A stretch of 64,000 bases of DNA from assembly GCF_004010195.1 (NCBI RefSeq), contig NC_057719.1:28443153-28507152 (forward strand), written 5' to 3'. The stretch comes from Chiloscyllium plagiosum (taxonomy: Eukaryota). Every line of letters starts with the position of its first letter. Positions within the stretch are counted from its first letter, which is position 1. A program made the translations under genes and the position numbers. The notes under the pieces are model-generated. The model searched no databases and had not been told where the DNA came from. It was given only the letters and a program-made list of their open reading frames with translations. This document shows positions 24,866 to 37,534 of the stretch, piece by piece.

Positions 24866-27800
24866 CAGATAAACAGGAGTGTCAGAGGTTCTGTTCACTC
24901 TGAGAGCTGGCTCTGAGGAAGTAGATCAGTGTCAACAACTTGCCACTTGTAAACAAAGGGTGACTTGGTAATGGAATACTGACCTGTTTGGAGTTCTTTC
25001 AGTGGGGATGAGAGAAAAGCACGCTCCTCAAGAAATTCACTTGCAACAGTCATCTTTGAGTTAGGGGGAAGCACTTCTGGCATCTTGCTGGTTTTGCTCG
25101 GCAATTCAAGAGCCAGCGAAATCTGTCCCAGAGGTTTTGACTGGGTTTAGATGACTGGCAGAGGCAGAGGCAAGGTTTAACCCTTAATGAGATGCTGAGA
25201 GACTGTTTGGTATGTGGGATTAATGATGTAAAAGTGCTTAGTTTCTACTTCAAACACTACAACTGCATTTATCATTGGAAAATGTGGCAAGTGGAGCATA
25301 TGGGTTGCAGGGTATTCTGATTGGAAGTAGACACCCTCGCCGGTCTGACTGAGTTTAGGGAATACCACTTGAGTGAAGGCAATTGTATGGTCTCACTCAG
25401 GACATGTCCTCACCAGAGGGGCTCTAGGTCAGCCCACAGCAAAACCCCAAAACAAAACCAAGATTTGGCTAAACGTTTACATTTTTTTTCAGGATCCTGG
25501 TCAGTAAGCCATTGTAGTTGCTGGTATGCAGACCTGAGACAGCAAAAAAGTCCCACTAGATCTAAATGGAGCAAAAGAACTCCTAGGCCAGTATCCAGGA
25601 GAGTGCACACCCTGAAAAGTCCACCCACAGCTGGTTTGGAACAGTTAAATTGCTTAGCAACATCCAAAGTAGAACCAATCAAAATAAATGTCTGGTCACA
25701 TGTTCCCAGGAGGACCAGTTCTACCACAGAACATACCAGATGGCCTCCTTCTTGAATGACCGCAATTTCCCCACCCACGTGGTCGATGAGGCCCCCCAAT
25801 GCATCTCATCTACTTCCCAAACCTCTGCCCTTGAAACCCACCCCTCCAACCGCAACAAGGACAGAACCCCCCGTTCCTCACCTTGCACTCCCCCAACCTC
25901 TATATACACCGCATCATCCTCCACCATTTCCACCACCTACAAATGGACCCCACCACTAGAAATATATTTCTCTCCCCACCCCTATCCGCTTTCCGTAAAG
26001 ACCACTCCCTCCGCGACTCTCTTGTCAGGTCCATGCCCCCCACCAACCTACCCTCCCCTCCCCACAAAACCTGCACCCACACCTCCCTCCTCACCTCTGC
26101 TCAAGGCCCTAATGGAGCCTTCCACATCCAACAGAGTTTACCTGCACTTCCACATGTCATTTACTGTATCCGTTGCTCCCGATGTGATCTCCTCTACATT
26201 CCTATCTGACCTATCATCTTCACCCCCATCTCCACCTACCTATCACACTCTCAGCTACATTCCCCCCAGCCCTACCCTCCTCCCATTTATCTCTCCGCCC
26301 CCTTTGTTCACAAGCCTCATTCCTAATGAAGGGCTCTTGCCCGAAATGTCGATTCTCATGCTCCTCAGATGCTACCTGACCTGCTGTGCTTTTCAAGCAC
26401 CACACTCTTGATTCTGATCTCCAGCAACTGCAATCCTCACTTTCTTCTGGTTACATAGTCACCCAGTTCTAAAGGATGTCGGTATCTGCGCAGTTGTTTC
26501 ATTGATCACAAAGCCAGTTTTTAACAAATTTCCTTCTGGACTTTAACTCTTAAGTTTTGTGCAAGACGACAGCTAGACTGGGAACCTTTATCAGGGAATC
26601 TTTGCAGATTAAGGGTACAACTTTGGTTCTGTTCTCTTATGAGAAGCAGCTGATTCAGTTACTCACTGATTGTTGTAAAAGTCTTGGGCCCTGACTGTGT
26701 CTCACACCTGCACACGCACACACCATGGGTGCTGGGGAAAAAATAAGCACAGTTAGGTGGTAGTGTAAGGGTTAAAAGAAAAAAAAAGACTATCAGACAT
26801 CCTCTTAAAAAAAAAAGCCTTGGGCCCATGCTTGAGAAAGATTGACCCTAGATTGGCTCAACATTTTTCTATTAGAAAATGGCTGCCTGAGTGAAGTCCT
26901 AATGAAATACCTGGAGATATTTCAGGAAGGTCTGGGGACAATTAAAGATGCCAAGACCACCTTTCATGTTGACCAGGAAGCAATTCTACAATTCTGCAAG
27001 GCCCGCTCAGTGCCATTTGCCTTACGGGCAAAAGGAGAAGCAGAAATCAGGAGGTTGGAAAGTGAAGGAATCATCAAACCAATCCAGTTTACAGAGTGCG
27101 AAGAACCAGTCATAGCAATTGTGAATGCCGATGGGTCGGTTCGCCTTTCTGGGAATTTTAAACAGTTGTTAAACTGCATTTTGCAGCTGAATAGATACCC
27201 AATCCCTCACATAGAGGATTTATGTGCAGAGCTGGCAGTGGGGCTGTCCTTCACTAAGTTGGGCATGAGCCATGTGTACTGGCAACTGTAGTGAGATGAG
27301 GATTCCCAGCAGTATATATTAATTAATACAATTAATACCCATAACGGTTTGTACCAATATACGAAACCGTCATTTGGGGGATCATCAGTCTGTGCAATGT
27401 TTCAGTGGACGATGGAGAACATTTTAAAGGTCTACCTCAGGGTGCCATTTATCTATATGATGTGCTAATAACAGGGAAGACTGATAAAGAGCACTTAAAG
27501 AACTTAGACATAGTCCTTAGACATTTCCCCCAGGTGGGCGCACACCTTAAAAGGGAAAAAATGTATGCTCTAGGCACACCAAATGACCTCCTCGGGTTAA
27601 AGAGTCAACAAGACAGGGTTACACTTGTTGGAAGATTAAGTGAGGGTAATCAAAGGTGCCTCAGCTCCCACATCTGTACCAGAGCTTAGATCTTTCCTTG
27701 GGCTAGTGAATTATTTCCGAGATTTCATACATTAGCTGGCCTCCATCCTGGCACCTTTGCATCAATTCTTAAAAATGGCCTTGGAAATGGTTATGTAGCA

Positions 27801-29929
27801 AAGCTATGGTTATCAGGGAAGTGAAGAAACAGTTATCATTCTCTAAGGTGTTGGCACATTATGATCCCAGGCAAGATCTGGTATTGACATGTGAAGCCTC
27901 CCTGTACATCATTGGGGTAGTATTAGCTCATAGGTGGCCCAATGGAGAGGATCGCCCAATATCATATGCAACCAGGACTTTGACCAATGCAAAGTGTAAA
28001 TATGCTCAGATAGAGAAGGAAGGTTTTGGCAGTCATATTTGGAGTCAGGAAGGTCTACCAATACCTTTACGGACATAACTTTGTAATCATAACGGATGAC
28101 AAACCTCTGCTATGTCTACATAAAGAGGACAAGGCAGTGGCGCCCATCGCTTCGGACCGAAATCAGTGGTGGACTTTAGTACTAGTGCGTATAATTACAA
28201 GTTGGAACACCGTCTGGGAAGCCAAGTAGCAAATGTGGATGCATTGAGCTACCTCCCACTGGCAGATGCACCACCACTGGAAGAGTCAGTAATGATTTTA
28301 AATTTTCCTGACACACTTCCACTCACAGCTGACAATATATACTTTGAATGCAGAAAGATCCAGTCCTGGCAAAACTGAAATGGCTGGTGGTAATGGGGGA
28401 AACCAAAAGGCTGTCACAATCAGAACTGAAACCTTTTTAGACCCGGAGAGACCAGATCATTATCATGGATGGCATTTTATCATAGGGAGCAAGAGTGATT
28501 GTTCTGAGTAAAGGTTGCTGCCAGTACTGGCTAAACTCCACAAGGGTCATCCAGGGGTTTCCAAAATGAAGATGTTGGCAAGATGTTATGTCTGGTGGCC
28601 AGGACGGGATGCAGAAGTAGCCATGTTGGTGGGGCAGTGCCCAAAGTGCCAACAAGGACAAAAATTACTGCCACAGCTCCCCCACATTTATGGTAATGGA
28701 TGGGTAAACCCTGGACTTCAGCTATGCATGTCCTTTCATGGGCTCAACATTGTGGATGCCCACTCAAAATGCTGGACATGCATTGAGTTAATTCGTCAAT
28801 CATGGCGGAACAATAGAAAAACAATTCGTACATTTTGCAATACACGGACTCCTGGAAGTGTTAGTCACAGATAACAGGCCATCGCTTACCAGCAGGGAAT
28901 TTGAGTATTTTCTAAAGTTGAATGGTAATCGTCACATAAGAACAGGTCCATTCCATCCATCATTCAATGGTCTGGCAGAAAAAGTAGTCCAAACGTTGAA
29001 GGCAAGCTTAAAGAAACAGCCTACAGCTTCACTAGATACCCAACTGTCCCAGCTCCTAATTGATTGTGGGACCACCCTCACAGAACTACAAGGATATCTG
29101 CAGCAGAGTTGCTAATGGGGAGAAGACTTTGCACCAGGTTACATCTGATCTTTCTGGACCTGGTGGGGAGGGTGAAACGGCATCAGGAATGCCAATGTCG
29201 GACAAAATAGTACGCTTTATGAGAGAGACAGTTTATTTCAGGGATCGATATTTAGTGTAGGAATGACGAGAATGGCCCTGCATGGATAAGAGGCATGGTC
29301 AATGTAAGATCAGGTCCAGTGATGTATAAAGTTCGGGTAGGTGTGACAGCCCTGAACAAGCCCGACCATATGAAAGCTGCAAATTCAAGCAGAATATGTC
29401 CAGTTCCTTGACTGCCCTTCGGACTGTCCCAGAACCTGTGGTTCTCCCTCTCTGTCAAGCATTGAAGATACCTTAGAATCTGAGATAGACACGGCAGATG
29501 TCTCAGCCTAGATGCCTTTCTTGCCTGCAGAGGAGGATGAATTTCTTCTGAGATGCTCTGGGAGCAAGAGGTGAGCTACTGTGCGTTATATACTGCCCGC
29601 ATCAGAGGCAGAGTTGGAGGACCTGGTGCTATAATGCCCCAGAGGGAGTTACAAAAAAAAAGACCTATTTCCTCAGCCTCAGATAGAGAGGGCTGTAGTG
29701 ATTGTAACAAGGGCAGCCAGGTGGACCTTATAGAATATGAGTTCCCTGATTGGTTCTGTTAATCTAATCTACTCAGGGAACACTGGCTGACAGATATAAA
29801 CAGAAGAGTCAGAGGTTCTGTTCATTCTGAGAGTTGGCTCTGAGGGAGCTGGATCAATGTCAAAGACTTTCCACATGTAAATAAAGGGTGACTTGGCAAC
29901 AGGATGCCGGCCTCTTTGGAGTTATTTCA
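24866..29929 (+). mobile_element. Degenerate Ty3/Gypsy LTR retrotransposon (partial 5' LTR 24866-25001, PBS-like site, gag, pol about 26450-29400, PPT, 3' LTR 29694-29929)
   Basis: RT DGSVRLSGNFK/YPIPHIEDL/IYLYDVLITG, RNase H LAHYDP/YAQIEKE, integrase HKGHPG..KMKMLAR.YVWWPG and FHPSFNGLAEK; LTR tgta...ttca; purine tract agatagagaggg. Confidence 0.9.
25697..26448 (+). mobile_element. Penelope-like 3' fragment nested in the Gypsy element
   Basis: EDQFYHRTYQMASFLNDRNFP, SAFRKDHSLRDSLVRS, VIYCIRCSRCDLLYI. Confidence 0.85.
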
Positions 29930-30114
29930 GTGGTGTTTTCTCTTTCCTATATCTGCAAAGCAGGAACGTTTAAATGGCTATTCTCAGAGCTACAACCTTC
30001 ACAACACAAAATGCAGAACACTAACACACATACCAGGAAGTTTGCTTTCAACACCACTTTTTCTATTCATTTATGGTATGTGAGTATGACTGGCTGGGTC
30101 AGCATTTATTAGGC

Positions 30115-31515
30115 AGATGCTGGAAACCAGAGTTTAGATCAGAATGGTGCTGGAAAGGCACAGCAGGTCAGGCAGCATCCGAGGAATAGGAAAATCGGGC
30201 AAAAGCTCTTCATTAGGAATAGAGGCAGGAAGCCTCCAGGGTGGAGAGATAAATGGGGGTGTGGGGCTGGGGAGAAGGTAGCAAGGAGTATAATAAGTGA
30301 ATGGGGGTGGGGATGGAGGTGATAGGTCAGGGAGGAGGGTGGAGCGGATAGGTAGGAAGGAAGATTGGCAGGTAGGACAGGTCATGAGGACAGTGCTGGG
30401 CTGGAAGCTTGGAACTGAGGTAAGGTGGGGGGTGGGGAAAAGAGGAAACTGGTGAAGTCCACATTGATACCTGGGGTTGAAGTGTTCTGAGGCAGAAGAT
30501 GAGATGTTCTTCCTCCAGGCGTCAGGTGGTGAGGGACTGGCGGTGGAGGACACCCAGGACCTGCATATCCTCCGCAGAGTGGGAGGGTGAGTTGAAATAT
30601 TGGGCCACTGGGCAGTGGGGTTGATTGGTGCCGGTGTCCTGGAGATGTTCCCTGAAGTGCTCTGCGAGGAGGCGTCCAGTCTCCCCAATGTAGAGGAGAC
30701 CACATCGGGAGCAACGGATACAATAAATTAGATTAGATTACATTACGTTACAGTGTGGAAACAGGCCCTTCGGCCCAACAAGTCCACACCGACCCGCCGA
30801 AGCGCAACCCACCCAGACCCCTACATTTACCCCTTACCTAACACTACGGGGCAATTTAACATGGCCAATTCACCTGACCTGCACATCTTTGGACTGTGGG
30901 AGGAAACTGGAGCACCCGGAGGAAACCCACGCAGATACGGGGAGAACGTGCAAACTCCACACAGTCAGTCGCCTGAGGCGGGAGTTGAACCCGGGTCTCT
31001 GGCGCTGTGAGGCAGCAGTGCTAACCACTGTGCCACCATGCCGCCCATTGGTGGATGTGCAGGTGAAACCTTGATGGATGTAGAAGGCTCATTTGGGGCC
31101 TTGGATGGTGGTGAGGGAGAAGGTGTGGGCGCAGGTTTTGCAATTCCTGCGGTGGCAGGGGAAGGTGCTAGGACAGGAGGATGGTTTTCTGGGGGCGTGG
31201 ACCTGACCAGGTCGTCACGGAGGGAACGGTGTTTGCGGAAGGCGGAAAGGGGTGGGGAGGGAGATATATTTCTTGTGGTGGGGTCTGTTTGGAGGTGGCG
31301 GAAATGTCAGCAGATGATATCATTAATGCAAAGGTTGGTAGGGTGGAAAGTGAGGACCAGGGGGGTTCTGTCCTTGTTATAGTTGGAGGGGTGGGGTTTG
31401 AGGGCAGAGGTGCGGGATGTGGATGAGATGCGTTGGAGTGTATCTTCAACCACGTGAGAAGGGAAATTGCGATGTCTAAAGAAGGAGGCCATCTGGTGTG
31501 TTCTGTGGTGGAGCA
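30115..31515 (-). mobile_element. Penelope-like 3' fragment (GIY-YIG) with nested HE1 SINE
   Basis: HHRTHQMASFFRHRNFPSHVVED and NKDRTPLVLTFHPTNL; Penelope terminus at about 30115-30215. Confidence 0.85.
30728..31046 (-). mobile_element. HE1-type SINE
   Basis: Near-consensus copy with ttaga/ttaca tail. Confidence 0.9.
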
Positions 31516-31529
31516 TTTATTGTCCAGAC

Positions 31530-34320
31530 GCAATTACCCTTGAGAAGGTGGTGGTGAGCTACCTACTTGAACCATTGTAGTCCATTTCCTGTACATGGAT
31601 CTACAATGATATCAGGGAGGGATTTCCAGGATTTTGACTCAGTGAAATAGAAAGAACAGTGAGACATTTCCAAGTCAAGATTGTGAGTTGCTTAGACAGG
31701 AACTTGCAAGTGGTGGTGTTTTCATGTACCTGCCACCATTGTCCTTCCAGATTGTAATGCTTGTGGGTTTGGAAAGTATTGTCTAAGAAGTGTTAATAAT
31801 TTTCTGCAGTGCATTTTGTAGATATTGCTGCTACTATGCACTGGTGGTGGAGAGAGTGAATGTTTAAGGATGTAATACCAGTTAGAAAGAATGCTTTGTT
31901 CTTGGAGCTGGACTCATCCAGGTAAGTGGAGAGTGTTCCATCACACTGCTGACTTGTGCCTTGTGCATGATGGACAGGCGTCAGAAAAGATTTACAAGGA
32001 TGTTGTCAAGTTTAGAAGGTTTGAGCTATAGGGAGAGGCTGAATAGACTGTTTTCCCTGGAGTGTCGGAGGCTGAGGGGTGACCTTAGAGAGGTTTATAA
32101 AATCTTGAGGGGCATGCACAGCGTGAATAGTCAAAGTCTTTTCCCTGGGTTGGGGGAGTCCAGAACTAGAGGGCAAAGGCTTAAGGTGAGGAGCGAATGA
32201 TTTAAAAAGGATTGAAGGAGCAACCTTTTCACACAGAGGGTGGCCATGTATGGAATGAGCTGCCAGAGGAAGTGATGGAGGCTGGTACAATTACAGCATT
32301 TAAAAGGCATCTGAGTGGGCACATAAATAGGAAGGGTTTAGAGGGATATGGGCCAAGTACTGGCAAATGGGACTAGATTAATTTAGATACTGACCAGCAT
32401 GAAAAAGCTGGACTGAAAGGTCAATTTCTATGCTGTACATCTCCATGATTCTATGACAGGCTTTGGGAAGTCAGGTGGTGAGTTACTCACTGCAGTATTC
32501 CTAGCCGCTGACCTGCTCTTGTAGCCACTGTATTTATATATCTAGTTAAGATCAGTTTCTGATCAATGGTAATCCCCAGGATGTTGATAGTGGGGAATAC
32601 AGTCATGGTAATGTCATTGAATGTCAAGGGCGGTGATTAGATTCTCTACGGGCATGGTCATAGCTTGGCACTTGTGTCATACAAATGATACTTGGCACTT
32701 GTCAGTTCAAACCTGGATATTGTAAAAGCCCTGCTGCATTTAGACATGGATTGCTTCAATATCTGAGGAGTCATGAATGGTGTTAAATATTGAGCAATCA
32801 TTGACAAACATTCCCACTTCTGATCTTATGATAGAAGGAAGGTCATTGAAGCAGCTAAAGGTGGTTAAGTCAAGGATGGAAGAACTCCTGTAGAGGTGAT
32901 CTGGAGCTGAGATGAATGACCTCCAACAATCAGAGCCATCCTCGTTTGAGCCAGCTATGACTCCAAACAGCAAAGAGTTGTTCCCAGCTACTCATTCACT
33001 CCAGTTTTTCAAGGGCTTCTTGAAGCCATATTCAGTCAAATACAACCTTGACGTCACTCTCACCTCACCTCTGGAATTCAACATTTTTATTTATGCTTAA
33101 ACTGGACTTCAGGATTTAAGTTATGTTAGGCCTGTTTTCTACAGAATTTAAAAGGTTAAAAAGTGATCTCATCAAAGTCTTCAAGATGTTCTCAGGAAAA
33201 GACAGGGTAGATAAAGAAAAACTATTCCCAATGTTGGAGATTCGATAACGAGTGGGCATAGCCTGAGAATTAGGGCCAGACCATTCAGGAGAGATGTTAG
33301 GAAGCACTTCTATACACAAAGTGTGGTAGATAATTGAAATGCTCTTCCCCAAATGGCAGTGAATGCTGAATTATTTGATAATATTAAATTTGAGACAGAT
33401 TTTTTAACCAAACTTATTGTGGGATATGGGCTAAAGGCAGATATATGAAGCAAAGTCACAGATCACGCATGGTCTTGTTGAATGGTGGAACAGGTTCAAG
33501 GGGCTGAATGGCCTGCTCCTGTTCTTATGTAACTAAGACTGTAATGACGTCAAGAGCTGAGTGGCTCTGGTCGACCCAAACCTATGTTTCAGTTAGGACT
33601 AAACAAGTATTGTTTGATTGCATTGATTATGGCACCTTTTATCACTTTACTGATGATTGAGAGTAGATGGGGCAGTAATTGAATGGGCTGCATTTGTTTG
33701 CTACCTGATGAAGGAACAGTGCTCCGAAAGCTTGTGTTTTCAAATAAACCTGTTGGATTATAACGTGGTGTCGTGTGATTTTTAATTTTGTGTACAGGGC
33801 ATGCTTAGACAATTTTTCACATTGTTGAATGGATGCCAGTGTTGTAGCTGTACTGGTGCAGCTGGCTAGAGGTATGTTCTGGAGCACTATAGTAGCACTG
33901 CCAGAATGTTGTCAGGGCCCACAACCGTTGCAGCATCCTGGGCCTCCAACTGTTTCTTAATACCATATGGAGTGAATAGAATTGGCTGAAGACGGGTGTC
34001 TGCAAAGCTGTTGGTCTCTGGAGAACATTGAGATGGACTATCCACTTGGCATCTCTGGCTGAAGTTTGTTATAAATGCTTCTGTCTTATCTTTAACATTG
34101 ACGTTCCCCCATTATTGAGGATGGGAGCATTTATGGAGCCTTCACCTCTAGTGAGTTGTTTAATTATCCACCACCACTCACAACTGAATGTACCAGGGCT
34201 ATTGACCTTAAGTCTGATCTATTAATTGAGGAATTTGTTTGGCATACAAATTGTCCTATTTTGTGGCTTCACCACATTGTTTTTAGGTACGCCTTGTGCT
34301 GTTTCTGACATGCCTTCTTA
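31530..34320 (-). mobile_element. Older CR1/L2-like LINE fragments with younger CR1 3' ends inserted on + (about 31980-32456 and 33120-33530)
   Basis: CFNDLPSIIRSEVGMFVNDCSIF (32740-32973, minus); QKRFTRMLSSLEGLSYRERLNRL (plus). Confidence 0.7.
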
Positions 34321-34609
34321 CACTCATCCTGTTCTTGTTTATTTTTGAAAGGGGGAAACACAAAAAAGTCACTCACAGACTGCTGTCTTTTTTTAACCAC
34401 AATGTTTACAGTCTGAGATACTCCCAGGAGATTACATGTTCAGTACATAGTGTATTTTCTCTCTTTGAAGTCTACTTGACAATTCATCAGGCGTGACATT
34501 CCAGTGTCTCTTTCTCCAGGCAGCAACTGAACATACATCTGCAGTCAACCTTTTGCTGCATGTCCTTTTTTTTTAAGCTAAAGTTCAACATGCCTATTGA
34601 TATGACAAT

Positions 34610-34945
34610 TACAGTCAGATATATGCAGCATAGAAACAGACCCTTCGGTCCAACTTGTCCATACTGACCAGATATCCTAAACTAATCTGTTCCCATTTGC
34701 CAGCATTTGGTCCATATCCCTCTAAATCCTTCCTATTCATATACCCATCTACATACCTTTCAAATGATGTAATTATACTTGCCTCCACCACTTCCTATGT
34801 CAGATCTTACCATATATGCACCACCCTCTGTGTGAAAAGATTCGCTCCTCAGGTTCCTTTCAAAGCTCACCTTAAACCTATGCCCTCAAATTTTGGACTC
34901 CTATACCCTGAGAAAAAGACCTTAGTTGTTCACCCTATTCATGCT
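34610..34945 (-). mobile_element. CR1/HER1 LINE 3' end
   Basis: cagcatagaaacagacccttcggtccaac tail, reverse orientation. Confidence 0.8.
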
Positions 34946-35257
34946 ATATTTGTGCACAATAGCTGTAATAAATGTCTGTTGGATTCTTTAATATCACAAT
35001 AACTATGTCCAGTTGTTCAGATTACAAGGGATCATATAAGCATTGTGGTATTAGGAAAAATATCCTGCTGGACTTCAGGTTACCAACTCCACTTCGGAAA
35101 AAGGATCTTCAAGTAAATAATTATTTAAAGGAGACTCTATACTGTCTCTTTATTCTCATCTTTTTCTTTTCATTTCATTGCCTTTCTCTGAGAGACAGAG
35201 GGGATGTTTGAGTGTACTGTCCTTTAACCTATTGAGCTTGACGAGTGAAGAGTTGCT

Positions 35258-35464
35258 GAGTTGAAAAATGTGGTGCTGGAAAAACACAGCAGGCCAGGCA
35301 GCATCCGAGGAGCAGGAGAATCGATGTTTCGGGCATAAGCCCTTCTTCAGTTTCCTGAAACGTCGATTCTCCTGCTCCTCGGATGCTGTCTGGCCTGCTG
35401 TGTTTTTCCAGCACCACATTTTTCAACTCTGGTACTCCAGAATCTGCAGTCCTCACTTTCTCCT
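35258..35464. mobile_element. Penelope-derived mini hairpin insertion
   Basis: Near-perfect inverted arms (mirror ORFs 35156..35419- and 35268..35510+); 14-bp TSD agtgaagagttgct at 35244-35257 and 35465-35478. Confidence 0.85.
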
Positions 35465-35792
35465 AGTGAAGAGTTGCTTCCTGGGGAAAGATTTCCCTCA
35501 GACTGCATAAATCTGTGTCGCTGAGCTGTGTCATGAATATATTGAGTAGATGGCTAGTGAGCTGAAGTGTCAGCCTTCAACATAACTCAATCTTAAATAA
35601 ACCCTTTAACCTTCTGCGTTTGGATCAAGTATTACTAATTTTCAAAAGGAAAAAATTGTGGAATAGGTAGAAGTAACTCAGCTTTCATTATACTTACATG
35701 AGCAGTTTTGTACGAAAATAAAATCTTGGCAAATTCTTAGAGACAGCATGAAAGTATGTTTGACGTATGCCAGCCACAGACACATGCTATAC

Positions 35793-35904
35793 CTATGAAT
35801 ATGCCACCGACTTGCAAGTCAGGTCCCTGGAGATTCTGTGGTGCTTTGCCCAGAAAGAAAGTTGGGAAATACGGTCATGATTGTAGCAATGAACTGAGAT
35901 TTGA
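35793..35904 (-). CDS. Exon D; SNLSSLLQS*PYFPTFFLGKAPQNLQGPDLQVGGIFI, TGA at 35877-35875
   Basis: Acceptor cttgtttctag|TCA, donor ATAG|gtatag; 112 nt, phase 0 to 1. Confidence 0.6.
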
Positions 35905-37386
35905 CTAGAAACAAGCCCTTTTTTTAATGAGCACATAATATGTCTTCCAACATCTATAAAAAAATTCAATTAAAGACTTGTTGTAGGTATAAACACCAGT
36001 AACTCTATCTATAGATGATCACTAAAATGTATTTGTCTCTTTATGTAGAAGAATTTACTACAAGCTGTTCTAATAAACAGAATTCATAGCGCCGCATAAC
36101 CAGCTGTTCGAATCAATCACACTGTATCTCTGTCCTCCTCATCACTCAGTGTCACTAACATTGAATACATTTTTATAGCACTAGGAAACATTTTGGCATC
36201 ATGCCAAGCGCACCACATCATTTATCAAACAGATGATTTATTAGCATTCACATTTAAAACTAATTTGTTAGCTTCACGTGATAATGATTTCCACATTGGA
36301 CGCATTACTTGCAGAAAAAAAAAAGCTTTTCTCCTGACGGGATTATAGTCCTTGAGTTTCCCATGCACACTTATGTTTACTCATAAGAATCCACAAAGGC
36401 AGACTTTTTACAAGCCATTTTATCTGTTGAGAGGGAGGAAATTATTGTTCAGTACCGGAGTAATATGATCATTCGCTTTTTTTGTGAGTCTGCTTCGTCT
36501 CTTGAGAGGTATAAATAAATATATTGTGGAGATTAACATTTGACAATTATAGCAATATATTTGACAAAAAAAAATCCCTTTTTTGTCAAAAGGATCATGT
36601 CAATTTTCAGAGATTTTGGAATTACAACATTTCTGGTTTACTTATTCACCAGTAAAATCAAATATTTTTTATGCTGAAACATTCATTTGACAGATTGTAT
36701 ATAATGTTCAGGACAATGGTGATATGAGGAAAATCTTTTCCATGTAGCGAGTGGAATCTAAAATGAGCTGCCTGAGAGTTTGGTCGAGGTAGAGTCAATG
36801 GAAGTTTTCAAAAAGGAATTGGATCATTATTGGACAAGGAGAAATTTGCAGCCTAGTGCCATTAGATGAATTGACCTTTCAGAGAATAGTACAAATATAA
36901 TGGGCTGAATAGCCTGGTTTAGCGCTATACAAATTAATGATTCTACAAAGAAAAATTGCAATTTTTGAGGTGTCATATACTCTTTACTCCTATATTACAA
37001 CAGTGACTGCACTCCAATAAAGTACTTAATCCACTGTAAAGCATTTCAAGATCCCCTAAATCTGTAAAAGATGCCAGATAAAGGCACACCTTTCAAAATA
37101 GATTCTATGAAGAAAATGGTATTTTGATTATCGTTTTAAAGTTTTGGCTCATGAATTGTGATGCTGTTATTAGAACAACAAAGATATTGCTAGAAGTATC
37201 AAGAGTTGCTCACTTACTGAAATACCAGCCAAAACAAAACAAGTGCTTAAAGTAAAAGTTTAAGCTAACTTAGAAACTATCTACTTTGCATCTTTAGCTT
37301 TTTAGTTCTTTCTTCTTCTCTAGTCTCATGTTTCTCCAACCTTATTTTATTTAACTAGTTTTAAGCAACTTGGTCCAATCTAGTAG

Positions 37387-37534
37387 GAGAAAGTGAGGAC
37401 TGCAGATGCTGGAGATCCAAGTTGAGAATGTGGTGCTGGAAAAGCACAGCTGGCCAGGCAGCATCCGAGGAGCAGGACAATCGATGTTTCGGGCGTAAGC
37501 CCTTCATCCTTTTCCAGCACCACACTCTCAACTC
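37387..37534. mobile_element. Penelope-derived mini hairpin insertion
   Basis: Inverted arms; 16-bp TSD tggtccaa(t/a)ctagtag at 37371-37386 and 37535-37550. Confidence 0.8.
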
